Of a stretch of 53,610 nucleotides of DNA, positions 22,366 through 34,842 are shown one piece after another. The DNA lies in NCBI RefSeq assembly GCF_001194135.2, contig NC_068986.1:63303335-63356944 (forward strand), written 5' to 3'. Source of the DNA: Octopus bimaculoides (lineage: Eukaryota). Below the pieces are notes generated by a model. It saw only the letters and a list, made by a program, of their open reading frames with translations, had not been told where the DNA came from and did no database searches. A program made the translations under genes and the position numbers. Each line of letters begins with the position of its first letter. The first letter of the stretch is position 1.

Positions 22366-24186
22366 GTGACGTTATTGTTGGCCTTCGTGCTCAAGACAGC
22401 AATTGGTGGAGTGGCTGTCTTGTTGGCCAAAGCAAAAATGGCATCTTTCCGCTTACACATGTTTATGAACTTGACAATAATTACATTTCTTTCAAGAAAG
22501 AACAAAACCAAATTGTGCGTGCTCTTGTGGATTGTACACCTCAACTTGATGAAGAACTTGGCTTCAAAGCTGGTGATCTTATCACCGTTTTGGAAATGGT
22601 TGATAATGATTGGTACATTGGAGAATGCCGTGGTAAACAAGGCATGTTTCTTACTTCTTGTGTAGAGTTTCTTAATACAGGTCTTACAAGCAAGACCTAT
22701 TCTAATCCCCCTGTGACACCATCAAGCCTGTCTAAAACAACTGCTGCATCTTTTAATCTTTCTCGAACTTCTCATACATATAACAGTGAAAATACACGGT
22801 CTTATGATTCATCTGTAACTCCCTATGCAAGGACGTTGTACTCATTCACAGCACAGGCTGCAAATGAGTTGACTTTTGGTGCAAATGAGATTATATTATT
22901 ACTTTGCCATGTGGATAGTCAGTGGATTAAAGGTGAGTTGGATGGGAAAACTGGAATTTTCCCAGCCAGTTATGTGGACATCATTGTAGACTGTCCACAT
23001 TTAGAGTCTGATCTCTCCAACATGTCTAGTTCACAGAGTAATTCTGATAGATTACCAATCACTTCAACTGTTGACTGTCAAGAGGAAGAATGCTATGGTT
23101 TAGTTAAATATGATTTTAAAGCAGAAACCAGTGGAGACCTAAATCTGAAGGAAGGAGATACAATTACAATATTACAACAGGTTGATCAAAATTGGTTTCT
23201 TGCAAAGAAAGAAGACAATGAAATTGGACATTGTCCTGTCAATCATATTGATGTTGTTGGTTCTGAACCAAAATTTCTTTTAGCCGATCATCCCCATGTT
23301 GCCAATGCCACTGCTCAGGGAATAGGAATTGTCCCAAGAACAGAACAAAAAACTGTCAGAAATGATTTGAAAGATGGCTATCAAGACAAGGAGAATAACA
23401 ATATTTTTAGTAATCAATTAAAGCATAATAAATCTTCCCCTAAGCTTCTTTTGCCTATGGTTCCTAAACCTTCCCTTCAGCCGAAACCCACCCCCAAACC
23501 CAAGCCAGTGGTTTTACCAAAGTCTTCCTCCCCTCCATTACCTACCAAATCAGTCCACAGACCACCCCGACCACACACCATATCTGGAAGTTCTAGTTTT
23601 GATACTCATCATTTGAACTCCTTAATAGAAAATGAAATGCAAACAGATTCTCGGAAGTCATTTCCAATATATGATAGCAATGAAAACATGGAATACCAAA
23701 GCTCTTCAGGTGAGAAGGTGAAGTTAAACATTGCTAATCAAACTATCTTATTTGAAAGTAAGGGCAGTGCATCATCTTTTGTTTCTTCTGATGTGCAAGA
23801 GAGACCAAGTGGTCATCAGTCTGATGACAGTCTCTCTAGTCAGTATGAGAATGGTGAAAAGTCTTTTACAAAACCAATCCCAATCCGTCGCCCTCCCCCG
23901 CCTCCTCAACGTAATAACTTCTCTGGTGCTAATTCAGTTTCTTTAAATGAGAGAAAATATATGCGTAAGAATCAGGCATTACGTTCCTCGAGCTCAAAAC
24001 CGTCCCCTGTGCAAGGTACAAAGCCTTCTTCCGAGGGGAAAGGCATGCAGCGAAAACTCTCTGAGCGTATGATTCCCTCCAGACCAGCACCAGCTCGGCC
24101 ACCTCCTAGATCTGTTCCAGCACTTAAGCAAAAAGGTCATGAATCATCAGAACCAAATTCCTTTACTCAAAAACCTTCTTTAACAG
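22366..24186 (+). CDS. DNMBP: DNMBP/Tuba-like, large 1821-nt exon (rest of SH3-2, SH3-3, SH3-4, SH3-5, proline-rich region)
   Basis: Acceptor TATAG|GT (phase 1) joins G-DVIVGLRAQDSNWW in frame with the 22515-24194 ORF; donor ACAG|GTGAGT. QLDEELGFKAGDLIT matches recalled DNMBP SH3-3 (QLDEELDFREGDVIT). PKP and RPPPPP motifs follow. Confidence 0.88.
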
Positions 24187-24588
24187 GTGAGTAGTTTTGT
24201 TTTTAAAGACTTTGCAATTATTAATGAATTTAGTGTATTTTTGTTTTGATTTATGGTCTATTTAAAATTCTTATATTCTTTTCCATTTTGCAGAATTCTT
24301 ACCATAGGCACAAGGCAAAAAATTTCTTTGAGGAATGTTGTTGATTTAATTGTTTCTTGTATTCAACTGAAAGGTTAAAGATCCTAATAGGATTTGAACT
24401 CAGAACATAAAGAAAAAAAACTAACCTCTACATATTCTAACACAAAGAAAACTTTACAGTACTCACAGTGAAGAATGTGGCTAGCAAGATACAATAATAG
24501 GCTCAACACTTCTTTGTTCAAATTTCATTGCAGTCTACTTTACTGTTTAAGATAACTAATTACGTTCTTACCTGCTGATATATGTGTG

Positions 24589-24633
<45 letters not shown>

Positions 24634-24744
24634 CTTTGCAAAACATCTAAAAGTTGAAAAGATTCCAACCATTGCTTACTAGGATCAGAATTAACTTTAC
24701 AAAAACCAGTTTTTTAGTTTGTTTTTTCCAGTTCATTAGTGGAA

Positions 24745-25135
24745 AAGAAGTAATGGGTGGATTAGTACAATCATTGAAGCAAGAAGAAGTATGCTTAGCA
24801 GTATTTCTTTTGATCCTTTGTGTCCTGAGTTAAATTCCCACCATGGTCAACTTGATCTTTCATCCTTTCAGGATCAATGAAATAAAGTATCTGTCAAATA
24901 CTGTGGTCAATGCTACTGACTCAACCCCTCCTCTCCAAATTGCTGGCCTTGTGCCTAAATCAGAAATCCTTACTGTTATTTTGTGCCTCTTTAAATTCTT
25001 AGTTCAAATTTCACTTGGGTCAGCTTTACCTTTCATCCTTCTGAGGTTGATGAAATAAGTACAAGTCAAGTACGGAGATTGATGTAATCAGATATGGCCA
25101 CACCTCTAAATTTGAGACCTTGTGCCTATGTAAGA
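24745..25135 (+). mobile_element. Two tandem decayed tRNA-derived SINE copies
   Basis: CTGAGTTAAATTCCC...CTTTCATCCTTTCAGGATCAATGAAATAAAGTA, repeated at ~25000-25070 (CTTTCATCCTTCTGAGGTTGATGAAATAAGTAC). Confidence 0.6.
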
Positions 25136-25321
25136 AATTATCATCATCATCATCGTTATCACTGAGTTCAATTCCACTGTTTGGCTCTACTTCATATCCT
25201 TCTGGCAATGATGAAATAGATATCAGTCATATACTGGGGTCAATGTAATTTATTATATCCTTGATTGCAGTGGTAACAGTGTTACTGTTGATGTTGGAAA
25301 CAGGAAGAATAACAATATATA

Positions 25322-26551
25322 CAGGGGTTGAACAAAATAATGGAACACCTAGTATCATAGCATCATAATTTTGAAACATCTATAAAACCATCAAAAGTTT
25401 GTTTATTTTTATGTTTCTTGATTTATTATTAGTGTTGCTTAATATGTTTTGCTAAAATTGCAGTTTCTTTTCAGATATCATCAGAAAAAGGTAATTAAAA
25501 TTCATTAACATGACAGATCTATTGGACTTTCAAAGAGGTCAAACTGTTGGTGCTCGTATAACAGGCACTAGCATAACGAAAACAGCTGAAGTGTTTGGTG
25601 TATCAAGAAGTACTGTCTTGAAAGTAATGACAGCCTTTGAAAAAGAGAGAAAAACCTTCTCGTTGAAACAAAACTCTGGTAGAAAACCAAAACTTTTACA
25701 TGAATTGTTAGAAAGGATCACAAAAGTACAGCTCCCAAAATTACTGCAGAGCTTAACAACCACCTTAAGAACCCAGTTTCCACAAAAACTGTTTGCCAGG
25801 AGCCGCACAAAGCCAGATTTCATGGGAGGGCTGCAATTAGAAAACCACTACTTTCAAAAACAAACTTTGCAAAGCATTTAGAGTGGAATAAAAACCTACA
25901 AAATTGGTCCATGCAGCAGTGGAAGAATGTTATTTTCTTGGACGAGTCATCCTTTACCTTATTTCTGACCACTGGCCGAGTATACGTTTGGAGACAGCCA
26001 AAAGAAGCATTTGACATAGACTACCTTCTTCCAGCTGTTAAACATGGAGGTGAATCTGTGATGATCTGAGAGGCTATATCTTGGAAATCTGCCAGCCCAA
26101 TGATTTCCTTTCATGACAGAATTAATAGTCAAGACTATTTAAGCATTTTATCTGATCAAATTCATCCCATGGCTGCAGAATTGTTTCCGGCGGGAAATGC
26201 GATCTTTCAGGATGATAGTGCACCAATTCACATAGCTAAAGTTGTTACTGAATGGCACGAGGAACATTCTAGTGAAGCTGAATATCTTATCTGGCTACCA
26301 CAGTCCCTAGATCTCAATAACATTGAACATTTATGATGCATTTTAGAAAAACAAGTAAAGAGTTGATATCCTCCACCATCATCACTACAAGAACTGGAGA
26401 CTGTTAAAGCTGAAGAATTGCCAAAAATGCCTTTGGAAACTTTGTACGAGTCCATACCTCATAGAATTCAAGCTGTAATTACTGCTAAAGGTGGTCCTAC
26501 CCCATATTAAAGTAAATTTTTAGGTGTTTCCGTTATTTTGTCCAACCCCTG
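25322..26551 (+). mobile_element. Tc1-like transposon with DD37E spacing (TRT-like), inactive
   Basis: TA|CAGGGGTTGAACAAAATAATGGAACACCTA ... TAGGTGTTTCCGTTATTTTGTCCAACCCCTG|TA. Transposase from 25510 (MTDLLDFQRGQTVGAR...), LDESSF, KHGG, FQDDSAPIH...SLDLNNIE with 37 residues between D and E. Confidence 0.9.
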
Positions 26552-26608
26552 TATAATAATATCAAATGTAATCTTGACAGAATAATTCTGTTAGAAACAT
26601 ACTTTAAA

Positions 26609-26788
26609 CCCTTTAGCATTCAAGTTTTTTTGTCAGACATATTGCTTATTTATTCCCAATGTTTTGAATTAATCATGCGTTATCTTGTTGCTTCAAGGTT
26701 TCAATGTTGTGTTTGTATATTTCTAGAATGGCATTATTAAACAGGTGGAATATTTGGGCCAGATATGGACAAACTAAATGCTAAAGGG
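26609..26788. mobile_element. piggyBac-type MITE (CCCTTTAGCATT family)
   Basis: CCCTTTAGCATT ... AATGCTAAAGGG|TTAA. Confidence 0.7.
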
Positions 26789-28797
26789 TTAATGAAGTTT
26801 TAGTGCATTGCTTTTTCTCCTATTAGTATCCTACAAAATGTTTTTCAGATCTTTTGCTCGTCTGCTTTAAATTGACTTCTGTCAAGAATCAAAGCATAAG
26901 TGTTTTTGTCACTATGAAAAATGCTATATCATTTACTTGTTTCTCTAAATGTATCATTTCCTCTCTGTTATTCATCTATCCTTATTAGTTAAGTACTTAA
27001 ATAATGTCAACTAGTAAGAGATATTTTCTTTTCTGACAAAGCTGTATCATATATTCATCTCTAATTTACACTTTTCTTTCATAAAAAGAGGTAAAAAAGA
27101 ATTATTTTAAGTAAGTTATATCTTTGAAATATGTTCATACAGATGTTTTGACTAGCTAGAATTCCCTAGATCTCTTGAAAATTGATAACAGTAAGGAAAT
27201 AAGCAAATATGACTTGTTTCAATTGAAAAATCTTAGATTTTCATTTCTCCTTTAGTAATCTGTATATAGATACATATGAAAATTATATTTTCAACTATTT
27301 CTATAAAATTTTCTCTGCTGCTGGCAGTTCACTGAGATATTTTTTATTAGATATTCTTGTCTTCATAGAACACACACACGTGCACACTCACAAACACATG
27401 CATGCACACGTGCATACATACCTGAAAGTCTTGGAACTTCAGATTACCAACATTAAACTAATCTGAGTTTTATATTTATCTGAACCTTAAATAGCTGGGA
27501 ATATCTTATGTGCCTGGAGATGTAGAAGTTCAAATTACGAAACAAAATTAGTGTTGCAAGGCAGATGAGCTAATTTGAACCACCACTTATTTATAGTCTT
27601 CTACTTAAGGCGGAAAGATTCTTACTCATCTGCTGCAACTGCCTTGATGAAATTACAACATAGAGTTATGCATAAATGAAAATGCACTGAAGATAATTAT
27701 AATAATAGTAGAACATACAATGTTATTTTTGTTTTTCCATCACTGCAATATCCTACATATGAAACAATTTGAGCTCCACTCTGCCGGTTTATTGTATTTA
27801 TTTATTTTACTTTCTGTTGCAATGTATGAATAGTAGCATCATTGGTTACAGCTTTCAAACTAGCTAGACACTACTTCACTGAATTTCTGAAGACAAGACT
27901 AACAAAGGAGTGTCTGACTCAGTAGAGTACATACCATACATCCTCATCATCATCATATTATTTCATTACTTCTTTTCTTGCTGGTATGGGTTGAATGTCA
28001 CTATATTCTATGACTGCATGCTCTCCCTATCCCTAATCCTTTCCTGTTTTCAAGTCGTATATATTTTATTTGGATCTTTTCGGTTTGGCTGCCAGCATTT
28101 CAAAAAGTAAAGTTTACCAAAAATTTTAAAATTTGGCACAATAATACCCTTGCTCGAACTGAATCGCTGGAGTTATTTCATTTTTTCCAGAAAAATGTTT
28201 TTAAAGAGTTATAGAAGTTTAAAGTTTGATCATTTTCATCCAGTCAGGAAACAGGATTTGGAAGCTGTCATTTTGTGCATGACTGCACATTTTGTCAACA
28301 TCCTGAAAATAGCATGTGTTGTCAATATTTGTAAACAACGCATGCTATGTCTCTGGTAATTTTCTTTCATGTAAATGAATGTTTATGTTAGTTTAGCTGT
28401 TACTTTTAGCACACCTAACAACCAATGTATGCTTCCTCACAGATAAAAGACTTTTTTCAAAGACTGTTACTATGGCAACAGACAAAAGAGTTGTCATGTT
28501 CCACTTTTTACTATTGAAACAGGCATGAATGTGTCTGTGGCTTATGATTGGCTAAAATTACCAAAATTTTCAGACTTTGATTACTAATAACTCTTGATTC
28601 ATTGATTTATAGCAAAAATTACTTTTACGTCATTAATTAACTTATAAAAGTTTGTCATTATACCAAAACCACAAAGCCCTGAACTTTGTTTGAAGAAGAC
28701 ATAAGCCTCACATTGTCCAGATGTGAGGTTTATGTCTTCTTCCAGATTATATTATGTGAAGACATGCAGGAGACAAAACATTCATATCTATGTGCAT

Positions 28798-28839
<42 letters not shown>

Positions 28840-29744
28840 TCATATACATACACACATAATGTGTATGTGTGTTTCTATTGGATAGGCTTTCATGCAGTTT
28901 CATTCTACCAGATGTAACCCACTACCTCTCTTAGTAACTGTTGCCAGTTCCATCAACTGGTTTTGTGGGAAATATTTTCCTAAGAACATGGCATCATGTT
29001 TTCCTTTGTTCACTTTCTTATTAATTTATTTGAAATGATTTCTCTTGCTAGTTAACATTTTGTATGTAACAGATCATACTCATGTTCTTGTAGTTATCAC
29101 AGATCTTCAAAATTTATTCTTGATCATTCAACATCACGCTTTATTTTATACTTTCCTAATATGTTTGGCTTTTCTTAGAGACAAAACCGCTTCCATACCA
29201 ACAGAAATAGCCATTCACTCAACTGCTTCCACAGGATTGTATGTGTGTTGGAATGTTTGCATATTCATGTGCGTGTGCATATGTATGTGTGTGTAATGTA
29301 AGCAGATAAATTGGTAAATAAATAAAATTGATGGAGTATTCTATAGGAACTGGATGTATGTGTGCAGAAAGGAATTCAGCGTTAGAAGATGTCATCAGAA
29401 GGGAATAAAAACAGTGGAACAAATTATTATTATTCGATAACCTCTGGGATAAAATTGTTAAGTAAAATATATAAATAAATAACATCATGAAACATTGATG
29501 TACAATAAATACCTAAATATAGAGTAGGGGAGGGTGATGCTAAACAAATGTGTCCAGTTCACTCAGGTGTGGAAAATAGTTTTAAATGCTTCTGATGATG
29601 ATTTTGTATTCTTCTGTTTCATTGAAGAGAGACAGAAGCATAGACAGAGAGGGGGAAAGAGTATTATTGTATTTTGTGTTTGCCTTCTATAGTGTCAGAA
29701 TAATTGAGAATGTTTGTCATGTACCAAGCCAGCGATGATGATGA

Positions 29745-29774
29745 TTGTGATGGTAGTGGTAGTGGTGGTGGTGT

Positions 29775-29819
<45 letters not shown>
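29745..29819. repeat. (GTA/GTG)n trinucleotide microsatellite
   Basis: Direct reading. Other microsatellites: (GT)n(GA)n 4663-4718, (AT)n 6181-6209 and 24590-24627, (CA)n 28800-28835 and 45066-45100. Confidence 0.95.
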
Positions 29820-30237
29820 AAAAAAAAACTGAAATATCAAACATTTTTCCCTTTGCTCAAAGCAAGAAATATTTTAGAAACCAAAATATTACATCTATCA
29901 ATTTGTAGCTTCTATTTCCCTGCTTGTTTTGCAAAAAAAAAAATAATAATAATAATACATGTCACAAAGACAGGACATAGCTATAAATGTATATGTTAAA
30001 AAAAAAACACCCCACAAAATCTAGATAAGTTACTTTGTATTTTTATGACTGTGTTAGAATGGACATGTAATATGACTGGATGATGTATGGAAAGATTTAT
30101 GTTAAAAATGGTGATGAATGAATCATTGCAACAAATTTTGTCATGCCTATCCTGCTATTTGAACACAAAATTAACCACATTAATCCACCAACTTACCACC
30201 ACCATATTTATTCTACACTGTACATCACAAAAACCTT

Positions 30238-30274
<37 letters not shown>

Positions 30275-30559
30275 TTGTGAACAAGCTTTTATCCTCTTTG
30301 TAGATTTGTTTTGTGTTGGGTTAGGTTGACTATTTGAGTTCTTTTCAGCAGTTTCATGGTCTTCATATTGCTAATAATCATATGTATGTGGATGTTCATA
30401 TATGTCACATATATGGACACAGGTATGGGTTTATATTTAAGAAGTTTGTTTCACAACCACATGGTTCCTAGTTCAATGCCACTGCTTGGCACTGTGAGGA
30501 AGTGTTTTATACTCTAACCTCAGTATGACCAATCTCTTATGAGTGGAATTTGATATATC

Positions 30560-31050
30560 TTTTATCTTTTACTTGTTTCAGTCATTAGACTGCAACCATG
30601 CTGGGGGCATTGCCTTGAATTTTTAGTGGAATGAATCAACTCCAGTACTTATTTTTTAAGGTCTCTTTGCCAAACCGTTAATTTACAGGTATGTAATCAC
30701 ACAAACACTGGTTGTCAAGCAGTGGTGGGGGACAAAGACACACACACACACACATATATATACACATGGTCTGATCAATAAGTATCCAGATTGTTGTCAT
30801 AGTAACAAAGCTAAAGCACATAGAGTGAAGCCACTTGGCACAGATTGACCTGATACTTATTGATCAGCCCTTGTATACATAAATATATACGATGGGCTTC
30901 TTTCAGTTTCTGTCTACCAAATTCACTCAGAAGGCTTTGGTTGGCCTGTGGCTATAGCAGATGACACTTGCCCAAGGTGTCATGCTATGGGACTGAACCC
31001 TGAACCATATGGTTGGGAAGCAATTTTCTTACCACACATTCACACCTGTA
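30560..31050 (-). mobile_element. Decayed tRNA-derived SINE (same composite family as 34454-34842)
   Basis: TTTTACTTGTTTCAGTCATTAGACTG...ACACTTGCCCAAGGTG...GGGACTGAACCC...CTTACCACAC. Confidence 0.75.
30763..30873. mobile_element. Tiny mariner-type MITE inserted at a TA in the SINE microsatellite
   Basis: Inverted ends CTGATCAATAAGTATC / GATACTTATTGATCAG, flanked by TA. Confidence 0.65.
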
Positions 31051-33788
31051 CCTATAAACTGCATGTAAACTGTGCACACTCTGTAATATGGTTGGCGTTA
31101 GAAAGGGCATCCAGTTGTAGAAAGCATGCCAAAACAGACATTGGCGCATGATGCAGCCTTTGTAGATTGTCAGATCCCTTCATACCATCCAAACCATGCT
31201 AGCATGGAAAGCAGATGTTAACTGAGGATGATGATGATGATATATTATCATCATTATCATTGTCTATGCTCACATGGGTCTGACAGAATTTGTTGAGGTA
31301 GATTTTCAACAGCCAGATATTCTTCCTGTCAACTCCAACCTGTTTACAAGTAAGATATTTCTTCATAACCAGACATTTTTTTCATAGAAGATTGGAAATG
31401 AAGGACACTTCTTGCATGATGGTGACACATGCTTACAACTATCACACATTGTAAAGACAAGGAAACAATAACACACACACACACATACAACACTCTCTCA
31501 CATACAACACTCTCTCACATACACACACACACACACACACTGGGCAGATATTCATATGTATATCATCATCATGTCTACTTCTCCATGAGTCAGACAGAAT
31601 TCAGTGATTTTCTGCACATGGTTGCGCTTCCTGTCAGGTTTACAACCTTCACCTGTTTCCAAGTAAGTGAAGGCCCTCAAGGCCAGACATATTTTCATGG
31701 AAAACTGGAAGTGAAAGACACCACTTGTATGTCAATGACACTTGTTTACAACTGTTGCACAATGTCAAGACAAGGAGATAGTAACACATCCTCACCATGC
31801 ACACACACAATACACATATGTACATTCACACACACACACACATATACAATGTATTTCAGTTTCCATCTTCAACATCCACTTGCGCAGTTTCGGTCTACTT
31901 GAAGCTGTAATTGAAGACTATAGTGTACACACACACACACACATGTGCTGTCTTAGAGGCAATATGTTTATATCTATACATGTTGGACTCTACCCCTGCA
32001 CCCAACCTTCCTCCAAGAAGCATTCCACCTGCCCCACCCCCATCACATCTTCTTAACACCTATCCCTCCGTCACTCTTCTAATTATGGCATTATCCAGTG
32101 GTTGTAATCATTTGAAAGCAGAATTGGCACATATTTGAATCCCTTTGATGCAACCAGTTACCTCCTTCTTCCCCTGTAAGCACTTCCTATCAATATTCAT
32201 CCACCATTCTCATTATCATATATTCCCACACTATTTTTCACAAATCCTCTCCCTTTTCTCTGTACTACATTTTAGATCTGTTATAACATCTTTAATATCT
32301 CACATTTCTGCAATCATTCTCAATACATTTATTGCTCTTATGTACTTCTGACCTCCATCTCTGTCACTGAACATCATTCCTCCCTTCCACTCCTACACTC
32401 TGCACATCACATTCATACTTTCTGATCCATATACAGGTTTATGATACTGTTGCTCTATTCCTTTCCTGTGCTGTCACTTGTCACGTCCTTCTGGAGCCAC
32501 TTCTATCTGTCCCACCTTTCACCTTCCGCACTGATACTTACCATCAATCAACACCTCTAGTCTTGGTCATTACTCACTATATTCACCCCTACCTTATCTC
32601 TAATTATCTGTCACTCTCCTCTCACACTCTTATGAAATTAATCATCCTCTTACCTGTTGATCCGCTGCCCGTATTCTTTCTTATGCTTACTTTCTTGCCC
32701 CTTGAGAATATGTGCTGGCACCTCATCACTATCATTTTTACCTTCTTTCCAGTTATTCCCACCCTTATATAATGCAAATAGCCATGTATTTCTTCTATAG
32801 CTAGACACCTGTGCTTGTCCCTATATCATATTCCAGTCTTTTAAATACCTGGCATAAAGTTACCTCCCCTTTTCTCAAATACACTTCTACTCAGTCATGG
32901 AAGCTTTTTTTTTTCTTTTCCTGTCTTGCATGTTACCTGGCAACCTCACTAGGAACAGTGTTACACAAAAATCTACCCAGAACATAACATAAAGTGGTTG
33001 GCATGAGGAAGACCATCAAGCTGTAGAAACTGCCTAAGCAAACATTCAAGATCAACATGGTCCTATGACTTATCAGATTCTGTCAAACAATCCAGATCGT
33101 ACCAGCATGGAAAATGGACATTCAATGATGATGATGTTGATGTGTGTGTGTGTATTTGAAAAAAGAGTTTTTTATTTAAGACTAGCAGTATAACCCAACC
33201 TTGTCCAGGTGTGAATTATTACGCCATCTACGATAAGTCTTGCTAGGTGAAAATCAACTAAAAAAGAAAGCCTTACAACGAATAAAACCTTATGATGTAA
33301 ATATGTTCATAATTCAAAAGACGAAATTAATAGGGAAAGTCTGACAGCTGTTTTGCGTAACATTATTAAGTGTACGTAAATTGCATCCGTCTAATTGGCT
33401 ATACAAACGCTTGTGCAAAACAACTTTTTGCGCTGCCTTGATTATACATAGCAGAGTAATTCCTTTTCACAGGAGGTAGGACGGCAATTTCTGATGAAGC
33501 AATTGCTGGCGATCTGTTGCTACACAGTTTTGCCAGAATTCTATCAGATTGGGCAGAAGATGTTGATGCACCATTTTGCATTATGTTCAAAGTAGCTACT
33601 GGAATGTGGTGAATTGCTGCAGTCTGTTGCTGTCATTTTAAACCGGTTGCTTTCTTTCCCCAGCAAACTCTCTTCTTTGGAGGCATAATCTATGTATATA
33701 TTAAACAGAACAACAAAAGTTATAATAGATGGCAGGGTCGGTAATTTTCACATTTCTGTAATTTTTCAGATTAACACCCGCACGATTA

Positions 33789-33921
33789 CCCAACCCTAAC
33801 CCTAAAACCCTAAACCTAACCCTAATCCTAACCCTAACACTAACCCTAACCCTAAAACCCTAACCCAACCCTAAAACCGTAACCCTAACTGTAACCCTAA
33901 AACCCTAACCCTGACCCTAAC
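33789..33921. repeat. Interstitial telomere-like (CCCTAA)n tract, degenerate
   Basis: About 20 units of CCCTAA and variants (CCCTAAAA, CCTAA, CCGTAA). Confidence 0.9.
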
Positions 33922-34453
33922 ACCTTAGTGAAAATTGTGGTATATTTACCAAACATTGACGAACATGATTTATATTGTAGTCAATGATTGTGTGTACAGG
34001 TAGAAGGGAAGAAATATAAAAGTTGCTAGAAACAACAGCCAAATCTCCCTTAAATCACACAAAGTTAACGGAATTAAAAAAATTTTTACATCAATGGAAT
34101 TTTTTCAATGTGAACTTTCCCGTTCAGTAATTACACGCTCAACATATAATATAGAGAGTAAGAGTAAAAGAGGGAGAGAGAGAGAGAGAAAGAGAAAGTG
34201 ATACGTAAACCCTAATACTAACACCCTAGTGAAAATCGTGGTATATTTACCAAACATTGACGAACATGAGTTATATTGTAGTGAAGGTTTTGTGAGGGAG
34301 AGAGGAAGAGGGGGAGAAGGAATAGAGATGGGAGCAATGAAGAGAAAGAAAGAGAGAACGGAAGACAGTTATAAAATAGCAATGCGTGCACGTGTTTATA
34401 TAAGAAACACAGAAACTAAATCTTATATCTATAATGTTGATGTGTGCATGTGT

Positions 34454-34842
34454 TTTTACTCTTTTACTTGTTTCAGTCTTTTGACTGTGGCCATGCTGGA
34501 GCACTGCCTTTAGTCGAGCAAATTGACCCCAGGACTTATTCTTTGGAAGCCTAGTACTTATTCTATCGGTTTCTTTTGCCGAACCGCTAAGTTACGGGGA
34601 CATAAACACACCAGCATCGGTTGTCAAGCGATGTTGGGGGGACAAACACAGACATACAAAGACACACATACATATATATATACATATATAAGACAGGCTT
34701 CTTTCAGCTTCCATCTACCAAATCCACTCACAAGGCTTTGGTCGGCCTGAAGCTATAGTAGAAGACACTTGCCCAAGATGCCACGCAGTGGAACTGAACC
34801 CGGGACCATTTGGTTGGTAAGCAAGCTACTTACCACACAGCC
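34454..34842 (-). mobile_element. Well-preserved composite tRNA-derived SINE
   Basis: On - strand: A box TGGCTGTGTGGT, B box GGGTTCAGTTCC, CORE-like TTGGGCAAGTGTCTTCTAC, internal (AT/AC)n, and tail ending TGAAACAAGTAAAAG. Confidence 0.85.

Noticed and set aside
27554-27646. Inverted repeat GCAGATGAG/CTCATCTGC suggesting a pre-miRNA
   Set aside because: Short stem and large unpaired loop; likely repeat debris.
28060-28690. Possible non-autonomous DNA transposon
   Set aside because: I could not define terminal inverted repeats or a TSD.
32000-32800. Strongly pyrimidine-skewed 800-bp stretch
   Set aside because: Probably an ancient antisense LINE fragment, but no recognisable motif survives.
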